A stretch of 64,000 bases of DNA from positions 1,078,917 through 1,142,916 of the forward strand of contig MU058418.1 in assembly GCA_013265495.1 (NCBI GenBank). The letters run 5' to 3'. The notes beneath the pieces are model-generated. The model ran no database searches. It saw only the letters and a program-made list of their open reading frames with translations, and was not told the DNA's origin. The translations under genes were made by a program, and so were the position numbers. Position 1 is the stretch's first letter; every line of letters begins with the position of its first letter. This stretch comes from Vicugna vicugna (Eukaryota). This document shows, piece by piece, positions 24,317-38,039 of this stretch.

Positions 24317-26638
24317 CAGTTTTTTATATAGATCTTACAAATTGATTCTTAATATGATTCTTTATTCTAGATTTTTTATCATAATTGTAAGTGGGAATTA
24401 AAAAAAATTGTGTTTCCAGCAGGTCATTGCTAATATGTCAGAAAGATAAAGCTGTTAAATTGGTTTCCAGTATCCTTCTTTGCTTAAGAGGGGGCTTAAT
24501 CAAACCACTGAGTTCTTTAAAACTCAAAAGTGACTCCCTGGTACCTTCAGGATTAAATTCAAACTGATTATCATTGTAAGGCCCTGTGTCATCTGGTTCC
24601 TTTTTATTTCTCTAGTAGCCCAACTCTTGCCCCCTCTGCCTTCCACTTTATATGTCAGCTATATTGAACTTGTTTAATTTTCTTTAGTGCACTATTCTCT
24701 CATATTTCAGAGCTTTCTCCCAGCCTAATGCACTTCCCTTTCTTCCATCTTCCCCTGCTTAACTCCTGTTTGTCCTTTTGCTCTCAATGGAAACATCATT
24801 TCCTAGGAGTACCTTTCATTACCTCCCTAACCTAGATTCCTAGCTTTGACTCTGTGATCTCATAACATCCTCCTCTTCCCTTTACTATGTATCACACTTT
24901 ATTAAAGTTATTTATCCATTTGTTTGTGTCTCCTAGTGCCCTGTTGGTATTTTGAGTGCAGTTACAGTGTCTGTCTAACTGGTTGTGTTTGAAGTTTTTA
25001 GTACAGATTATTCATTGAATTAGTTGTTGCTTATTGAATTCTTCTGTTTAATAGGTTTTCAGTTGATTCTTTTCAGTATAAGTTTTTGAACCTAATTGCA
25101 CCTGTTGATACTTTCATTCCCATTTTTGTAGCATGTCTACATCATCTTGAATCCTGAATGTGACCCAGCATGATTTGTCTCCTAACTTTGTGTCATCTTT
25201 GAATTTGAGGGCTAGGTCATTATATCTTCATTTGGTGTCAAATATATTAACATTTTGTTCTCAAAGCTTAAAAAGGTGTGCATAAATCTAATTAGTTAAA
25301 ATTCTTAAAAGCCAGCTCTGTGAAATGTAAAGGGTTTTAGATTTATATAGAAAGGAATTTCTTTCCTCTGACACTTCAACTTTGGGCCTTTTGTAAGAAA
25401 GCTGCTGCTGCTGGTAGGTTTTGGAAGAGTGCTATTTATTAGCAGAGGCAGGTTGACCCCAGAGTGCAGGCAGGGCAGAGCTCTAGCTGGGCCTGAGGAG
25501 GTTGGAGACCCAGGAGGAGCAGGTTGTTGGTTGCTCCAGGAGGCTTGAGTACTTCAAATTAGAGAGAGATTTGTGTTTTGATTTTCTGTTGCCTGGCTGC
25601 GATAAATGGGAGCACAGCTTTCACTTGTCTATAGTGTTATGGTGGTTTTAATGAGGGTGACATCCTGGTGGTTTGGGGTCACTTAGCTTCAGATCCTGTC
25701 TTGTCCATTCACGTAAGTTTTCTAACATTTTAAAGTATTTTAGTTTCCTCATTTGTAAGAAATAACAGTATCTACCTTAGGTTTTTTTGAGAAGTAAGAT
25801 AGTATATAGAATGTGCTGTCTGTACACTGGGCATATGCTAGGCATTTGTTAGTGTTTTCTTTTTCTTTACCTTTTAGAATTCTGTCATGCATAAATTTTC
25901 AAATGAATCCAAGTTTTGTAGAGAAAAACCTTAAGTTGTTAAAATGAACATAAAGCATATAGCTTTTCTGGGTTGCATAAATACCTCTTGTGTTCTCTTG
26001 ATTTTATATAACATCCTTAATTCTACTGAAGTAAACATACATAATGCCTTGAAGTTTTCAGAGTCATCACAAATTGTATTGAATATATTTGAATGTACAA
26101 CTGTTTAGGAAGGTATAATGGGAAAAGGTGGCTTTCTTTACCTTGGAAACTCTGTAAGTTTTTATGGTCATGTGTTATCTTGCATGTCTTCAGTTCTTTC
26201 CTTTAATCATAGGATGTTTTTGAGCTGAGAAATCTTTACAGAATGTTTTTGAGCTGAACCCCATTTAACTGACAAGTTGTATGTGAAATTTCTGCACATT
26301 AAACCACATCTTTACTGATTTTAAGTATGAAGTTGGAGATGGGTTCTCAAAAAATATTTAACTTCAAGTATTATAACAAAAAACCTTAAGGTTGAAGCAA
26401 ACTTTTAAAATAACATTTTTGAAAGGGAAAATGCTTACTTTCTATTGAAACAGTCTGGTCCATCATTTTGCTTAACTCTCTAAAGTATGTCTTCAAGATA
26501 TTTTTAACTACTTTTATGTAGAGTCAGAAATCCATTCCAATTTAATGCACCAAAGAACGCAAAGGCAACACATCCCCTTTGTTACTATCACTCCAGCTCT
26601 ATGGAAATAGTATCAACACAGTTAAGCTTGATGAGATA

Positions 26639-27181
26639 TGTATTAGGAATCTCCAGAGAAATGGAACTAATAGAATATATATACACTTAGAAAGAGATTT
26701 ATTATAAGGAATTGGCTCATGCAGTTTTGGAGGTTGGCAGGTCCCAAGATCTGTACTCAGCAAGCTGGAGACCCAGAGACCTAGGATAGTTGGTGGTATT
26801 GTTCCAGTCTGAGTCCAAAGCCCTCAGAACCAGGAGAGCCAATGTTGTAGTTCTAGTCCAAATACTGGTAGACTTAAGACCCAGGAAGAACTGATGTTTC
26901 GGTTTGAGTACAAAGACAGGAGAAAATCAACATTCTGGCTTAAAGGCAGGAGGCGTTCCTTCTTACCCACAGGAAGGTCAGCCTTTTGTTCTATTGAGGC
27001 CTTCAACTGATTGAGCGAGGCCCACTCACATAAGAGAGAATAGTCTTCTTTACTCAGTTCACTGCCTCAGATGTTAATCTCATCCAGAAATAACCTCACA
27101 GACACATCCAGAATAATGTTTGACCAAGTGCAGAGGTACTCCATGGCTCAGTCAAGTTGATAACGTAAAATTAACCATTAG
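26639..27181 (-). mobile_element. MLT2-type (ERVL) solo LTR
   Basis: TGTATTAGG.TCTCCAGAGAAA...GATTTATTATAAGGAATTGGCTCA...CAGTCAAGTTGA...AAAATTAACCAT. Confidence 0.8.
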
Positions 27182-28694
27182 AGCATGTGTTAAGAGTATT
27201 GTTTTCCTCTGTTAAGTGATCCAGTACTAAGCTTCTTTTGTTTTACTATGAAGACAATACAATCTTGAGATTATGTTGACTTAAAAAAAAAAGGAGGGGA
27301 GATTGGCATAATGAGAGATACAGTCAAAGTCTGGGGAAACTCATTTTTCCTGGGGGAAAAAATAGAAGTAATTGTTAAAGGACTATCCAGAAGGTTATAA
27401 AAGATTATTCAGATGCTAGACATCATGATATTGACTAAATCTTAAAGCAAGTGGGCTGTGGAGTATAGTGGAATCATCCTAAAACTTAGTTTAGGAGAAA
27501 GTAGTGAAATAAGGTACAAAATGGAAATACTAGAACAGCGCAGACTTTGTGCTTCTAAAATCTTCCATTTATGTTTGTAGTTTAGTGTGTGAATCTTCAG
27601 AATGGCATTTTCCCACTGTCCATTTGGAGTACAATAAGACAAATTAATACAAATCAAAATAATATGGCAGCAGCATCACATAATTTGTATACACTGATGT
27701 GGTAACAGATTTAATTTAGTGCAGCTTTTGAGAAGTCTTTTGTGTTTCAATTTATACAGCTGCTCTCCAGGCCTAAGCTGGCCAATCTTTCAGCCTTGAG
27801 CATCTTGCCTGACTGATTCTTTTTCTCTTTTTTAAAAAGAGACTATTATTATTTTTTAGAGGAGTTTTGGGGTTACAGCAAAATTGGAAGGAAGGTATAG
27901 AGATTTCCCATATACCTTTTACCGTCATACATGCCCAGTTACCAATATCCCTTACCAGAGTGGTACAGTAATTACAGTTGGTGAGTATACAATTACAGTA
28001 TGCTGCATTGACACAGCATAATCAGGATGTCTTGGTGGCTTCCAAGTTTTGGCCATTGTGAATAAAACTGCTATAAATATGTATGTGCAGGTTTTTGTGT
28101 GGCCATTAAGTTTTTAGCTCCTCTGGGTAGATACCAAGGAGCATGATTGTTGGATTGTATGATAAGAATGTGTTTAGTTTTGTAAGAAACTCCCAAATTG
28201 TCTTCCAAAGTGGCTGTGCCATTTTGCATTCCCACCAGGAATGAGAGGTCCTATTGCTCCACATACTGGCCAACATTTGTCAGTGTTCTGGATTTTGGCC
28301 ATTCTGATAGGTGTGTGGTGGTATTTCACTGTTCTTTTAATTTGCATTTTCCCGATGACATATGATATGGAGATCTTTTCATATGCTTCTTCGCTATCTG
28401 TGTATCTCCATTGGTGAGGTATCTGTTAAAGTCTTTGGCCCAGTTTTTAATCAGATTGTTTTCTTGTTGTGAGTTTTGTGTATTTTGAAAGAGTTCTTTG
28501 TAAATTTTGGATAACAGTCCTTTATCAGATGGATCTTTTTCAAATATTTTCTCCCAATATGTAGCTTATCTTCTGATTAGACCATGGCATTGTCTTTTGC
28601 CGAACTAAAGTTTTAAATTTTAATGAAGTCTAGTTTATCAATGATTTCTTTCATAGATTGTGCCTTTGGTGTTATATCTAAAAAGTCATCATTA

Positions 28695-28992
28695 CTTTGT
28701 GGTTGCCAGGTGGGGAGGGGGATGGGAAGGGACAGACTGGGAGATTGAAATTTGTAGATACTGACAGGTATATATAGAATAGATAAACAAGATTATACTG
28801 TATAGCACAGGGAAATATATACAAGACCTTGTGGTAGCTCACGGTGAGAAGATATGTGACGAATATATGTATGTCCATGTATAACTGAAAAATTTTGCTC
28901 TACACTGGAAATTGACACAACATTGTAAACTGACTATAACTCAATAAAATAAAATTAAAAATAAATAAATAAATAAATAAAAATGAGGAAAA
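28695..28992 (+). mobile_element. Younger 5'-truncated L1 3' end nested in the old L1
   Basis: L1 3'UTR with AATAAA and a (TAAA)n tail; TSD AAAA[G/C]TCATCATTA at 28681-28694 and 28993-29006. Confidence 0.85.
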
Positions 28993-30957
28993 AAAACTCA
29001 TCATTATACCCAAGATTGTCTAGGTTTCTCCTATGTTATCTTCTAGGAGTTTTATAGTTTTGTGTTTTTATAATTAGGCCTATGATCCATTGAGTTAATT
29101 TTTGTGAAGGTTTTAAGGTCTGTGTCTAGATTGATTTTTTTGCATGTGAATGTCCAGTTGTTCCAGCACCATTTGTTGGAAAGACTATCTTTGCTCCATT
29201 GTATTGCCTTTACTCCTTTGTCCAAATTCAGTTGACTATATTTATGTAGGTCTGTTTCTGGATTCTCTATTATGTTCTGTTGATCTATCTATCTATTCTT
29301 TTGGCAATAGCACACTGTCTTGATCATTGTAACTTTACAGTAGATCTTGCAGTTGGGTAGTGTCAGTCCTCCAATTTTGTTCTCCTTCAGTATTGTGTTG
29401 GTTTTTTGGGGTCTTTTGCTTCTTCATTAAACTTTAGAATTATTTTGTCAATATCCACAAAAGAACTTGCTAAGATTTTGATTGGGATTCTGTTGAATCT
29501 ATAGCTCAAGTTGGGAAGAACTTATATTTTGACAATATTGAGTCTTCCTATCCATGAACATGGAATATCTCTTCATTTTAAAGTTTTCCTTTGATTTTGT
29601 TATCAGAGTTTTGTAACTTCCTTCATATAGATCTTGTACATATTTTGTTAGATTTATACCTAAATGTTTCATTTTTGGAGAGATGCTAATATAAGTGGTA
29701 TTATGCTTTTAACTTCACATTCCAGTTGTTCGTTGCAGGCAGATATAAAAGTGATTGACTTTCGTGTATTTACCTTGTATCCTGCAACCTTAATAATTGC
29801 TTATTAGTCCCAGGAGTTATTTTGTGGATTATTTTGGATTTTCTATATAGATGATCATTTGATTTGCTAACATAGACAGTTTTATTTCTTACTTACCAAT
29901 CTGTGTACCTTTTATTTCCTTTTTGTGTCTTATGGCGTTAGCTAGTACTAATGTTGACAAGGAGTGAGGAGAGGGGACATCCTCACCGTGTTCTTGATCT
30001 TAGTGGAAAACTTCTAGTTTCTTACCATTAAGTATGATGTTAGCTGTAAGTTTTTTGTAGATATTCTTTATCAAGATGAGAATGTTTACTCTATCCCTAG
30101 TTTACTGAGAGTTTTTGTGATGAATGGGTGTTAGATTTTGTCAAATGTTTTTTCTACATTTATTGATATGATCATGTGATTTTTTTTTCTTTAGTCTGTT
30201 AATACGATGGATTACATTAACTGATTTTTAAATGTTGAACCAGCTTTGCATTCCTGGGATAAACCTCACTTGTTTATAGTGTATAATTATTTTTATAAAT
30301 TATTAGATTTGATTTGCTGGAATTTTGTTGGTGATTTTTGCATCCATATTCATGAGAGATATTGATATAGTTTTCTTTTTTTGTAATGTCTCTTTATTTT
30401 GGTACTAGGGTTATGCTGGCCTCATAAAATGAGTTGGGAAGTATTCCTTCTGCTTCTAATCCTCTGAAAGAGATTGTAGAGAATTAGTATAATTTCTTTT
30501 TCAAATGTTTGGTAGAATTCACTAGTAAACCTATCTCTGCCTGATGCTTTCTGTTTTGGAGATTATTAATTATTGATTCACTTTCTTTAATAGACATAGG
30601 TCTATTCAGATTGTCTGTTTCTTCTTGCATGAATTTTAGCAAATTATGTCTTTCAGGGAATTTGTCCATTTTTTCTAGGTTATCAAATTTGTGGGTTGAG
30701 TCATTCATAATATTCCTTTATTATACTTATTATGTCCATGAGATCACTTTAGTGATATTCCTCTTTCATTTCTGATATTAGTTATTTGCATCCTCTATCT
30801 TTTTTTCCCTAGTTAGCTTGGCTAGAGGCTTATTGATTTCATTGATTTTTTTCAAAGAGCGAGTGTTTGGTTTCATTGATTTTCTCTGTTGATTTCCTGC
30901 TTTCAATTCCATTTATTTCTGCTCTAATTCTTATTTCTTTTCTTATGCTTACTTTTA

Positions 30958-31140
30958 TTTATTTATTTTTAAATTTCTTTTTATATTTTGAAGTGACTTT
31001 ATTTAGGTTTTTTTTTTTTTTGAGGGAGGAGGTAATTAGGTTTATTTGTTTCTTTATTTTTAGAGGAGATCCTGGGGGTTGAACCCAAAACCTCCTGCAT
31101 GCTAAGCATGCGCTCTACCACTGCACTGTAACCTCCCCCC
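30958..31140 (-). mobile_element. tRNA-derived SINE (vic-1-like) with extended tail
   Basis: SINE body about 31021-31140; TSD TCTT[A/G]TGCTTACTTTTA at 30941-30957 and 31141-31157. Confidence 0.85.
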
Positions 31141-32149
31141 TCTTGTGCTTACTTTTAATATGCTCTTTTTTTTACTAAGGTTTCCTAAGGTGGAAACTTA
31201 GATGATTGATTTTAGATCTTTCTTCTTTTCTAATATATGCATTCATTGCTCTAAATTTCCTTTTAAGCACTGCTCTTGCACTCCGCAAATTTTCATAAAT
31301 TGTGTTTCCATTTTCATTTAGTTCAAAATATTTTTACACTTATCTTGAAGTTTCTTCTTTGACCCATATGTTATTTAGGGGTGTATTGTTTAATCTCTGC
31401 ATATTTTAGAATGTTCTACTTATCTTTCTGTTATTGACTTTTAGTTTAATTCCATTGTGGTCTGATTGTATGATTTCGCTTTTAACTTTGTTAATATGTT
31501 TTAGGCACACAATGTGGTCTATCTTGGTGAATGTCTTATGTGAGCTTGAGAAGAATGTGTGATCTGCTGTTGTTGGTTGAAGTATTCCATAGGTGTCAAT
31601 TATGGCTAGTTGACTGATGGTGTTATTGAGTTCAACTGAGTCCTTACTGCCTGCTGGATCTGTCCATTTCTGCTAGAGGAGCATTGAAATCTCCAACTAT
31701 GATAGTGGATTCCTCTGTTTTTCCTTACAGTTCTATCAGTTTTTGCCCCATGTAGTTTAGTTTGATGGTCTGTTGTAGGTGCATATGCATTAAGGATTAT
31801 TATGTCTTCTTAGAGAATTGACTCTTACCAGTATGTAATGCCTTTCTGTGTATCTGATAACTTTCCTTTCTTTGAAGTCTGGTCTGTCTGAAATGACTAC
31901 AGCTACTCTTGCATTTTCTTGATTAATGTTAGCATGGTATATATTTCTCCATCCATTTACTTTTAATAAATATGTTTCTTTGTATTTAAAGTAGGTTTCT
32001 TTTAGTTGACATATTGTTGAGTCTTGTGTTTTGATCCATTCTGACAATCTGTCTTTTAATTGATTCATTTATACCATTGACTAAATGATTATTGATATAT
32101 TTGGATTCATATCTACCATATTTGTAACTGTTTTCTGTTTCATATTTTT

Positions 32150-32262
32150 TGTGTGTGTTTGGTGGGGAGTGTAATTAGGTTTATTTATTTATGGGGCTTG
32201 AACCCAGGACCTTGTGCATGCTAGTAGCATGCACTCTTCCACTGAGCTGTACCTTCCCCCTC
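32150..32262 (-). mobile_element. tRNA-derived SINE (vic-1-like)
   Basis: TTGAACCCAGGACCTTGTGCATGCTAG; perfect 17-bp TSD TTCTGTTTCATATTTTT at 32133-32149 and 32263-32279. Confidence 0.85.
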
Positions 32263-34854
32263 TTCTGTTTCATATTTTTGTCCTTCATTCTTTTTCTGTG
32301 TTCTGTGGTTTTAATTAAGTATTTTATTTTACTCCATTTTCTATCCTTTCTTAGCATAGGAGTTATACTTTTCTCCCCACTTTTTTCAGTTGTTGCCCTA
32401 GAGTTTGCGATATACATTTCAGCTGATCCAAGTTCACTTTCAAATAACACTACACTACTTCATGGATAGTGTAAGTACTTTATAATAACAAAATAACCAT
32501 AACCCCTTCCTCCTGTCCCTTATATGATTGCTGTCAATCATTTCACATAAATATAAGCATGCATAAACATATATATTTACATATGTATATATATTTGAAT
32601 ACATTATTACTATTATCATTTTGAATAAACTGTCATTCATTAGATCAGTCAAGAATAAGAAAAAGAAAAGTTTTTCTTTTAACCTTCACTTATTCCTCTT
32701 CAAACTTTCTTCTTTTATGGAGATCTGAGTTTCTGATCTACATTATTTTCATTCTCTCTAAAGAACTTCTTTTAACATTTCTTGCAAGGCAGATCTACTG
32801 GCAAACATTCCTTCAGTTTTTGTTTGCCTGAGAAATCTTTATTTCTCTTTTACTTTTGAAGGATAGTTTTGCAGGGTTCAGATTTCTAGATTGGTAGGTT
32901 TTTTCTCTCTTAACATTTCAAATATTTTACTCTACTTTCTTATTGCTAGCATGGTTTCTGAGAAGTTGGATATATTTCTACCTTTTTTCTCTATAGCTAA
33001 GGCATTTTTCCTCTCTGGCTTCTTTCAGAATTTTTTCTTTATCTTTGATTTTGTGTTTTGAAAATGATATACCTTAGTTTAATTTTCTTCACATTTATCC
33101 TATTTGGTGTTCTCTGATCTTCCTGGATCTGTGGTTTGTTGTCTGTCATTAGTTCGGGGAAATCCTGTCATTATTATTTACAATATTTATTCTATTTCTT
33201 TCTGTCTTTATTCTCCTTCTGGTATGCCGATGATATGTATGCTATATCCTTTGTAGTTGTCCCACAGTCCTTGGATATTCTGTTCTTTTTTATTTTTCTT
33301 CAGTCTTTGTTTCTTTGCCTTATGGTTCTGGAGGTTTCTGTTGATACATCCTCAAGCTCAGAGATTTCTTCTTCAGTTTTGCCCAGTCTGCTAATGAGCC
33401 CATCAAAGGCATTCCTCATTTCTGTTACAGAATTTTGATCTCCAGCATTTCTTTGGTTCTTTCTTAGAATTTCCATTTCTCTGCTTACATTGCCCATATG
33501 TTCTTGCATGCTGTCCTCTTTGTATGTTAGAGCCCTTAACATATTAATCATAGTTGTTTTAAATTTCCAGTCTAATAATTGCAACATTCGTGCTATGTCT
33601 GGTTCTGATGCTTGTTCTATCTATTCAAATTGTGATTTTTGCCTTTTAGTTTACCTCATAATTTTTTTCTTGATGTCCAGACATGATGTACTGAGTAAGG
33701 AAACTGCTGTAAATAGGACTATTGTGATGTGGTTGTGAGGTATGTGGGAAGAGGGAGCATTCTATAGTCTTATGGTTAGGTTTTGGTCTTTTAGGGAGCT
33801 GATGTCTCTGGACTGTGAACTTCACAAATGTTTGTCAGTTTTTTTCTCCCCTCTGTGGTGGGGGAGGGTGGCTAGAGTGGGCTGGAGTTGCGTCTTTCCT
33901 TTTTCCCACATGCAAGGCTAGAGTTGAGTAGAGTTGGGTGTTTCCCTTTCCCCAGGTCAGTTAGGCACTGATAATACCCCAGCAGGTTATGTTCTGGTTC
34001 GCTAGTTTCCCTTGAGGAAAGGCCTTGTTAGGAAGAGCAGAGTACTCTGGCATATTTTAAAATGGTTCCTTTTTCCCACCCCATGCCAAAGGCACAAGCG
34101 TTTCCCTGTGTTTACAATGAGAACTTGGTCAAGCTCCTGGAGGTAAAACTCATAAGAAGTGTAGGGGCCCCTGTTATGGTTGGGTCCCTCTGGAATTTTT
34201 AACTCTCAGAGTTGTCCCCATTGAGTCTCCAACATTTCATCAATTACAGTTCAGGTTTTCCTACACTGGCACTGTGATGGTTTCCACTTTTGAGCCTCTG
34301 CCTCTGTAAGCTGTCACTCCCTATATTTGCCTGTCTTTCTCTTCAATCTTGGGGGCAGCAGTTTGCCCTGTGTCCTTCCTTCTTTAATGGGTCTGAGAAG
34401 AGACGTTAATTTTTCAGTCTGTTCAGTTTTTACTCGTTGTTAGGATAGCGTGACAACTTACAAGCTCCTTACATGTGGTACTGGATAAACCACAATTCTC
34501 TTTATATGTCTCCTGACTACCTGAAGTGATTCCTCATCTTCAGTGTGCCTTGGTTTTCTTTTTTGAGAAATGTGAATGAAGTGTATACTACTAAATAAAG
34601 ATATAGGTTAATAAAAATAAAAGTGGAAGCAGAGGCTTTTAAGCCCCTCCAAAGGCAGATGCCAACAGAAACAACATAATCTGCCCACAGTTGTGATGTT
34701 TCCCATGAATAACTTTTAAAAATTAGGTATTTCACCATTGTAAACAGGAGTATGAAGACTGAGTAGTAGCTGCTGGATATGGCAACAACAGGCCTTGGGT
34801 GAACTTGGCAGAAGCCATCTCAGTGGACGCTTGATCACAGTGGTTGATAATTAC

Positions 34855-35550
34855 TTTTTTTTACTGAGGTATAGTCAGTTTACAATGTTGTGTCAATTTC
34901 TGGTGCACAGCACAATGCTTCAGTCATACATAGATATACATATATTCATTTTCATATTCTTTTTCACCATAAGCTACTACAAGATACTGAATATGTTTCC
35001 CTGTGCTATACAGTATAAACTTGTTTATCTATTTGATATATACCAGTCAGTACCTGCAAATCTTGAACTCCCAGTCTATTCCTTCCCACCCCACTCCCTG
35101 CTGGCAACCACAAGTCTGTATTCTATGTTTGTGAGTCTTTCTGTTTTATATATAAGTTCATTTGTCTTTTTTTTTTTTAGATTCCACATATGAGTGATAT
35201 CATATGGTATTTTTCTTTCTCTTTCTGGCTTACTTCACCTAGAATGACATTCTTCAGGGCCATCCATATTGCTGCAAATGGCATTATTTTATCATTTTTA
35301 TGGCTGAGTAGTATTCCATTGTATAAATATACCACAACTTCTTTATCCAGTCATCTGTTGATGGACGTTTAGATTGTTTCTATGTCTTGACTATTGTAAA
35401 TAGTACTGCTATGAACATTGGAGTGCAGGTGTCTTTTTGAATTAAGGTTCCCTCTGGATATATGCTCAGGAATGGGAATGCTGGGTCATATGGTAAGTCT
35501 TATTTTAGTTTTCTGAGGAATCTCCATACTGTTTTCCACAATGGCTGCAC
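34855..35550 (-). mobile_element. Younger 5'-truncated L1 (3'UTR plus ORF2 end)
   Basis: T run then ACTGAGGTATAGTCAGTTTACAATGTTGTGTCAATTTC...; the 3'UTR matches the reverse complement of 28695-28992. Confidence 0.85.
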
Positions 35551-36864
35551 TGATGACAGTGGGTTGAGAAGTAAGCAGGATGTTACAGAGTGGCCAGAAA
35601 AAGTAAAGGCAAGTCTCAAGTGTTTTGGCTGTGAAGGGAAGGAGGAAGAGCAGGTGTCTTATGGCTGTAGGATCAAGGAGTTTTTGTTGTTATGTTTTTA
35701 AGATAGGAGAGTGTTGAGCTGATATGAAAAACTAGTAGAGAGGGGAAGGGAGATGATATAGTATGGAGGTGGTAAATGAAGGGAATGACACCTCTGAAAA
35801 GGTAGGGGTTGGTTCAAGAAATATTTGATAAGCACCAATGCCATCAGGCACTGCTCCTGGGGAATACAGCATTGAATAAAACGGACAAAAATCCCTATCC
35901 TCAAAGAGCATCTATTTTGATGGGGACAGACAGAAAACAAAAATGTTTAAAAGTGTGATATATGACATTTAGTATAACTAAAACTAGTTCTTTATATAGA
36001 TAGGTAGATAGATAAACACATAGATATAGTGAAAAATATGTGTGTATAAAATACAAGAGAACATCATGCATGGAACAATCCTTTTTTTCTTACTATCTCA
36101 TACTTTTGCTAAATCTCTTATTATTTTATGAAACTTGTTTTTCATTTATATATATTTGTGTGTATATTGGGTCATGATGTAAAAAGAGGGTCCAAAAACG
36201 AAAGTCACTGATTAGAGTACAAGTGAAGGCATTAATAGTCTTTGAAGGAATGAGAAATACCTTTTTAGCTGTAAATTAAGGAAAGAGAAAGAGATGGGGG
36301 GTAAATACAGGTGAGTCTGAAAATCTGGTGGTAGGGAGCTGAGGGACCTTAAACATTGGGTGAGATTTTTTGGAAGAGAAATTAGGCTGGCAGAGGGTTG
36401 GAGGATGAGACTGTCCAGTAGAGAACCTGTGTGAACAAAGGCATGACTATGAAAGAATGGAAAATGAGACAGGGTAAGTAATCCAACTTGACTAAGGGCA
36501 GCCCACATTATTGAGTCTACCGTTGCATTTTCCATTCTACCCAGCTTCCTAACATTTCTGTGTTTGCCATCCTAACTAGGGTCTTTATTATTCCCACTTA
36601 GAATAGTTTCATAACCAGTTTCTCTGTACCCAAATTAATTTTACTTGCTATTGCCAATTAATACTGATATGTTACTGCTGTGTTTTTTTCCCTTCACTCC
36701 CACTTAAATCAACTTTGATACTTCTTATTATCCATTACATGTGGTAGGTACTCAGTCATTTCTTATATCAAGAAATGCATTTTGGAGAGTAGAGGGAGGG
36801 TAGTCTGAAAATGCAGGCTGGGGTCCTATTATGGATTTCTTGAACCCCAGAGTGAGGACACTGT

Positions 36865-37414
36865 CTGTGTTGGTGATCCCTAAGAGTAAGTTTCATGATT
36901 TGCTCAGAAGACTCGGAGGACTCAGCATATAGTTGTACTCACCACTATGGTTTATTACAGCAAAAGAATACAAAGCACAATCACTAAAGAGAAAAGGTGG
37001 GTGGGACAAAATCCAAAGGAAATTAGGCACAAGCTTATAAGCATCTTCTCCCAGTGGAGTCACACAGAACATGCTTAATTCCTTCAGCAACTAACTGTGA
37101 CAACAGGTGTGAAATGTTGTCTATTAGGAAAGCTTGTTAGAATCCCACTGCCTAAGGTTGAGGGGTGGTCACTTGGGCATCCCCTGCCTAGCATGTGCCA
37201 AAATTCCAGACTTGCAGAAGGAAACTAGGTTTCAGGATAAACCACGTTGCTTGTATGTGATACAAACATTTAGGCACAGTGAGTCATTCTTATAATTTCT
37301 GGGAACTATAGGAATCTTCTTGGAATACAAGTTCCCAGCCAAGGGCCCACTTTTGCAAGCAGGCATTTCTAAGGACAGTAGTCCCAGGCCTGCTATGTTA
37401 ACTCTTTTTTGCAC
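36865..37414 (-). mobile_element. ERVL-type LTR (MER77/MER68-like)
   Basis: GGACTCAGCATATAGTTGTACTCAC...CCCAGTGGAGTCACACAG...GCTATGTTAACTCTTTTTTGCAC; subfamily uncertain. Confidence 0.6.
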
Positions 37415-38039
37415 CCTATTCTTACTTAATGTAGTCCTGTAAGGCGGGGAAGCGGCATTAGGGACTGCTTTGGAAATGGGGTGGAATGGAGGTGGGAATG
37501 AGGGAGATATGAAGAGGACGGGACTTTGTTTCCCCCTCTTCCCACTTGTCTCTAAAATAAATTTAGGATCCCATGGATAGTCTTGTATGTGAAAAAGGTG
37601 CTGCTGTTAAAATTGTGTTTGAAAACCACTTGTTTAAACAGTGAGATGAATTTCAAGCAAAATATTGATAAAATCACATTTGGATTTTAGAAAGATCTTC
37701 CCTGTTGTTGATGGAAAATATTTTAGGGATTGTGGCAGTGGTAAGTTTGAGGTAGGAGGTGATCAGAGGCAGGAAGGCCAAGCCAGAGATAATGAGAGCC
37801 CCAGCTGGAGTGGTAGTATGAGGAAGGGGAGGAGAGAGTAGATTAGAGAGAATTTAGGATGTAAAATTGAGTAGCATTGATGATTGATTGGCTGCAGACT
37901 GGTTGAGGGCTGGGGAAAGTGTTTGTGGGATGGAGCGAAAAGAAATTAGTATTATCTTAGATTTCTTACTTGGTTGACTCCAAACAGGTAAAGGAGAGGC
38001 GGGAAAAGACTATTTTCCCAGACTGTGAGTCTCACATCC

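Larger units (their letters stand above)
27850..34485 (-). mobile_element. Near full-length, inactivated ancient L1 (L1MC-like), antisense to AFG1L
   Basis: Colinear 3' end, ORF2 remnants (30484-30708 KFDNLEKMDKFPERHNL; 31790-32068 endonuclease-like RLSEWIKTQDSTICQLKETYF), ORF1 remnant (33300-33587) and 5'UTR-like region, with many stops and frameshifts. Confidence 0.85.

Noticed and set aside
34832..35570. TSD for the L1 at 34855-35550 (TGATCACAGTGGTTGATAA versus TGATGACAGTGGGTTGAGAA)
   Set aside because: Three differences including an indel; too degenerate to assert.
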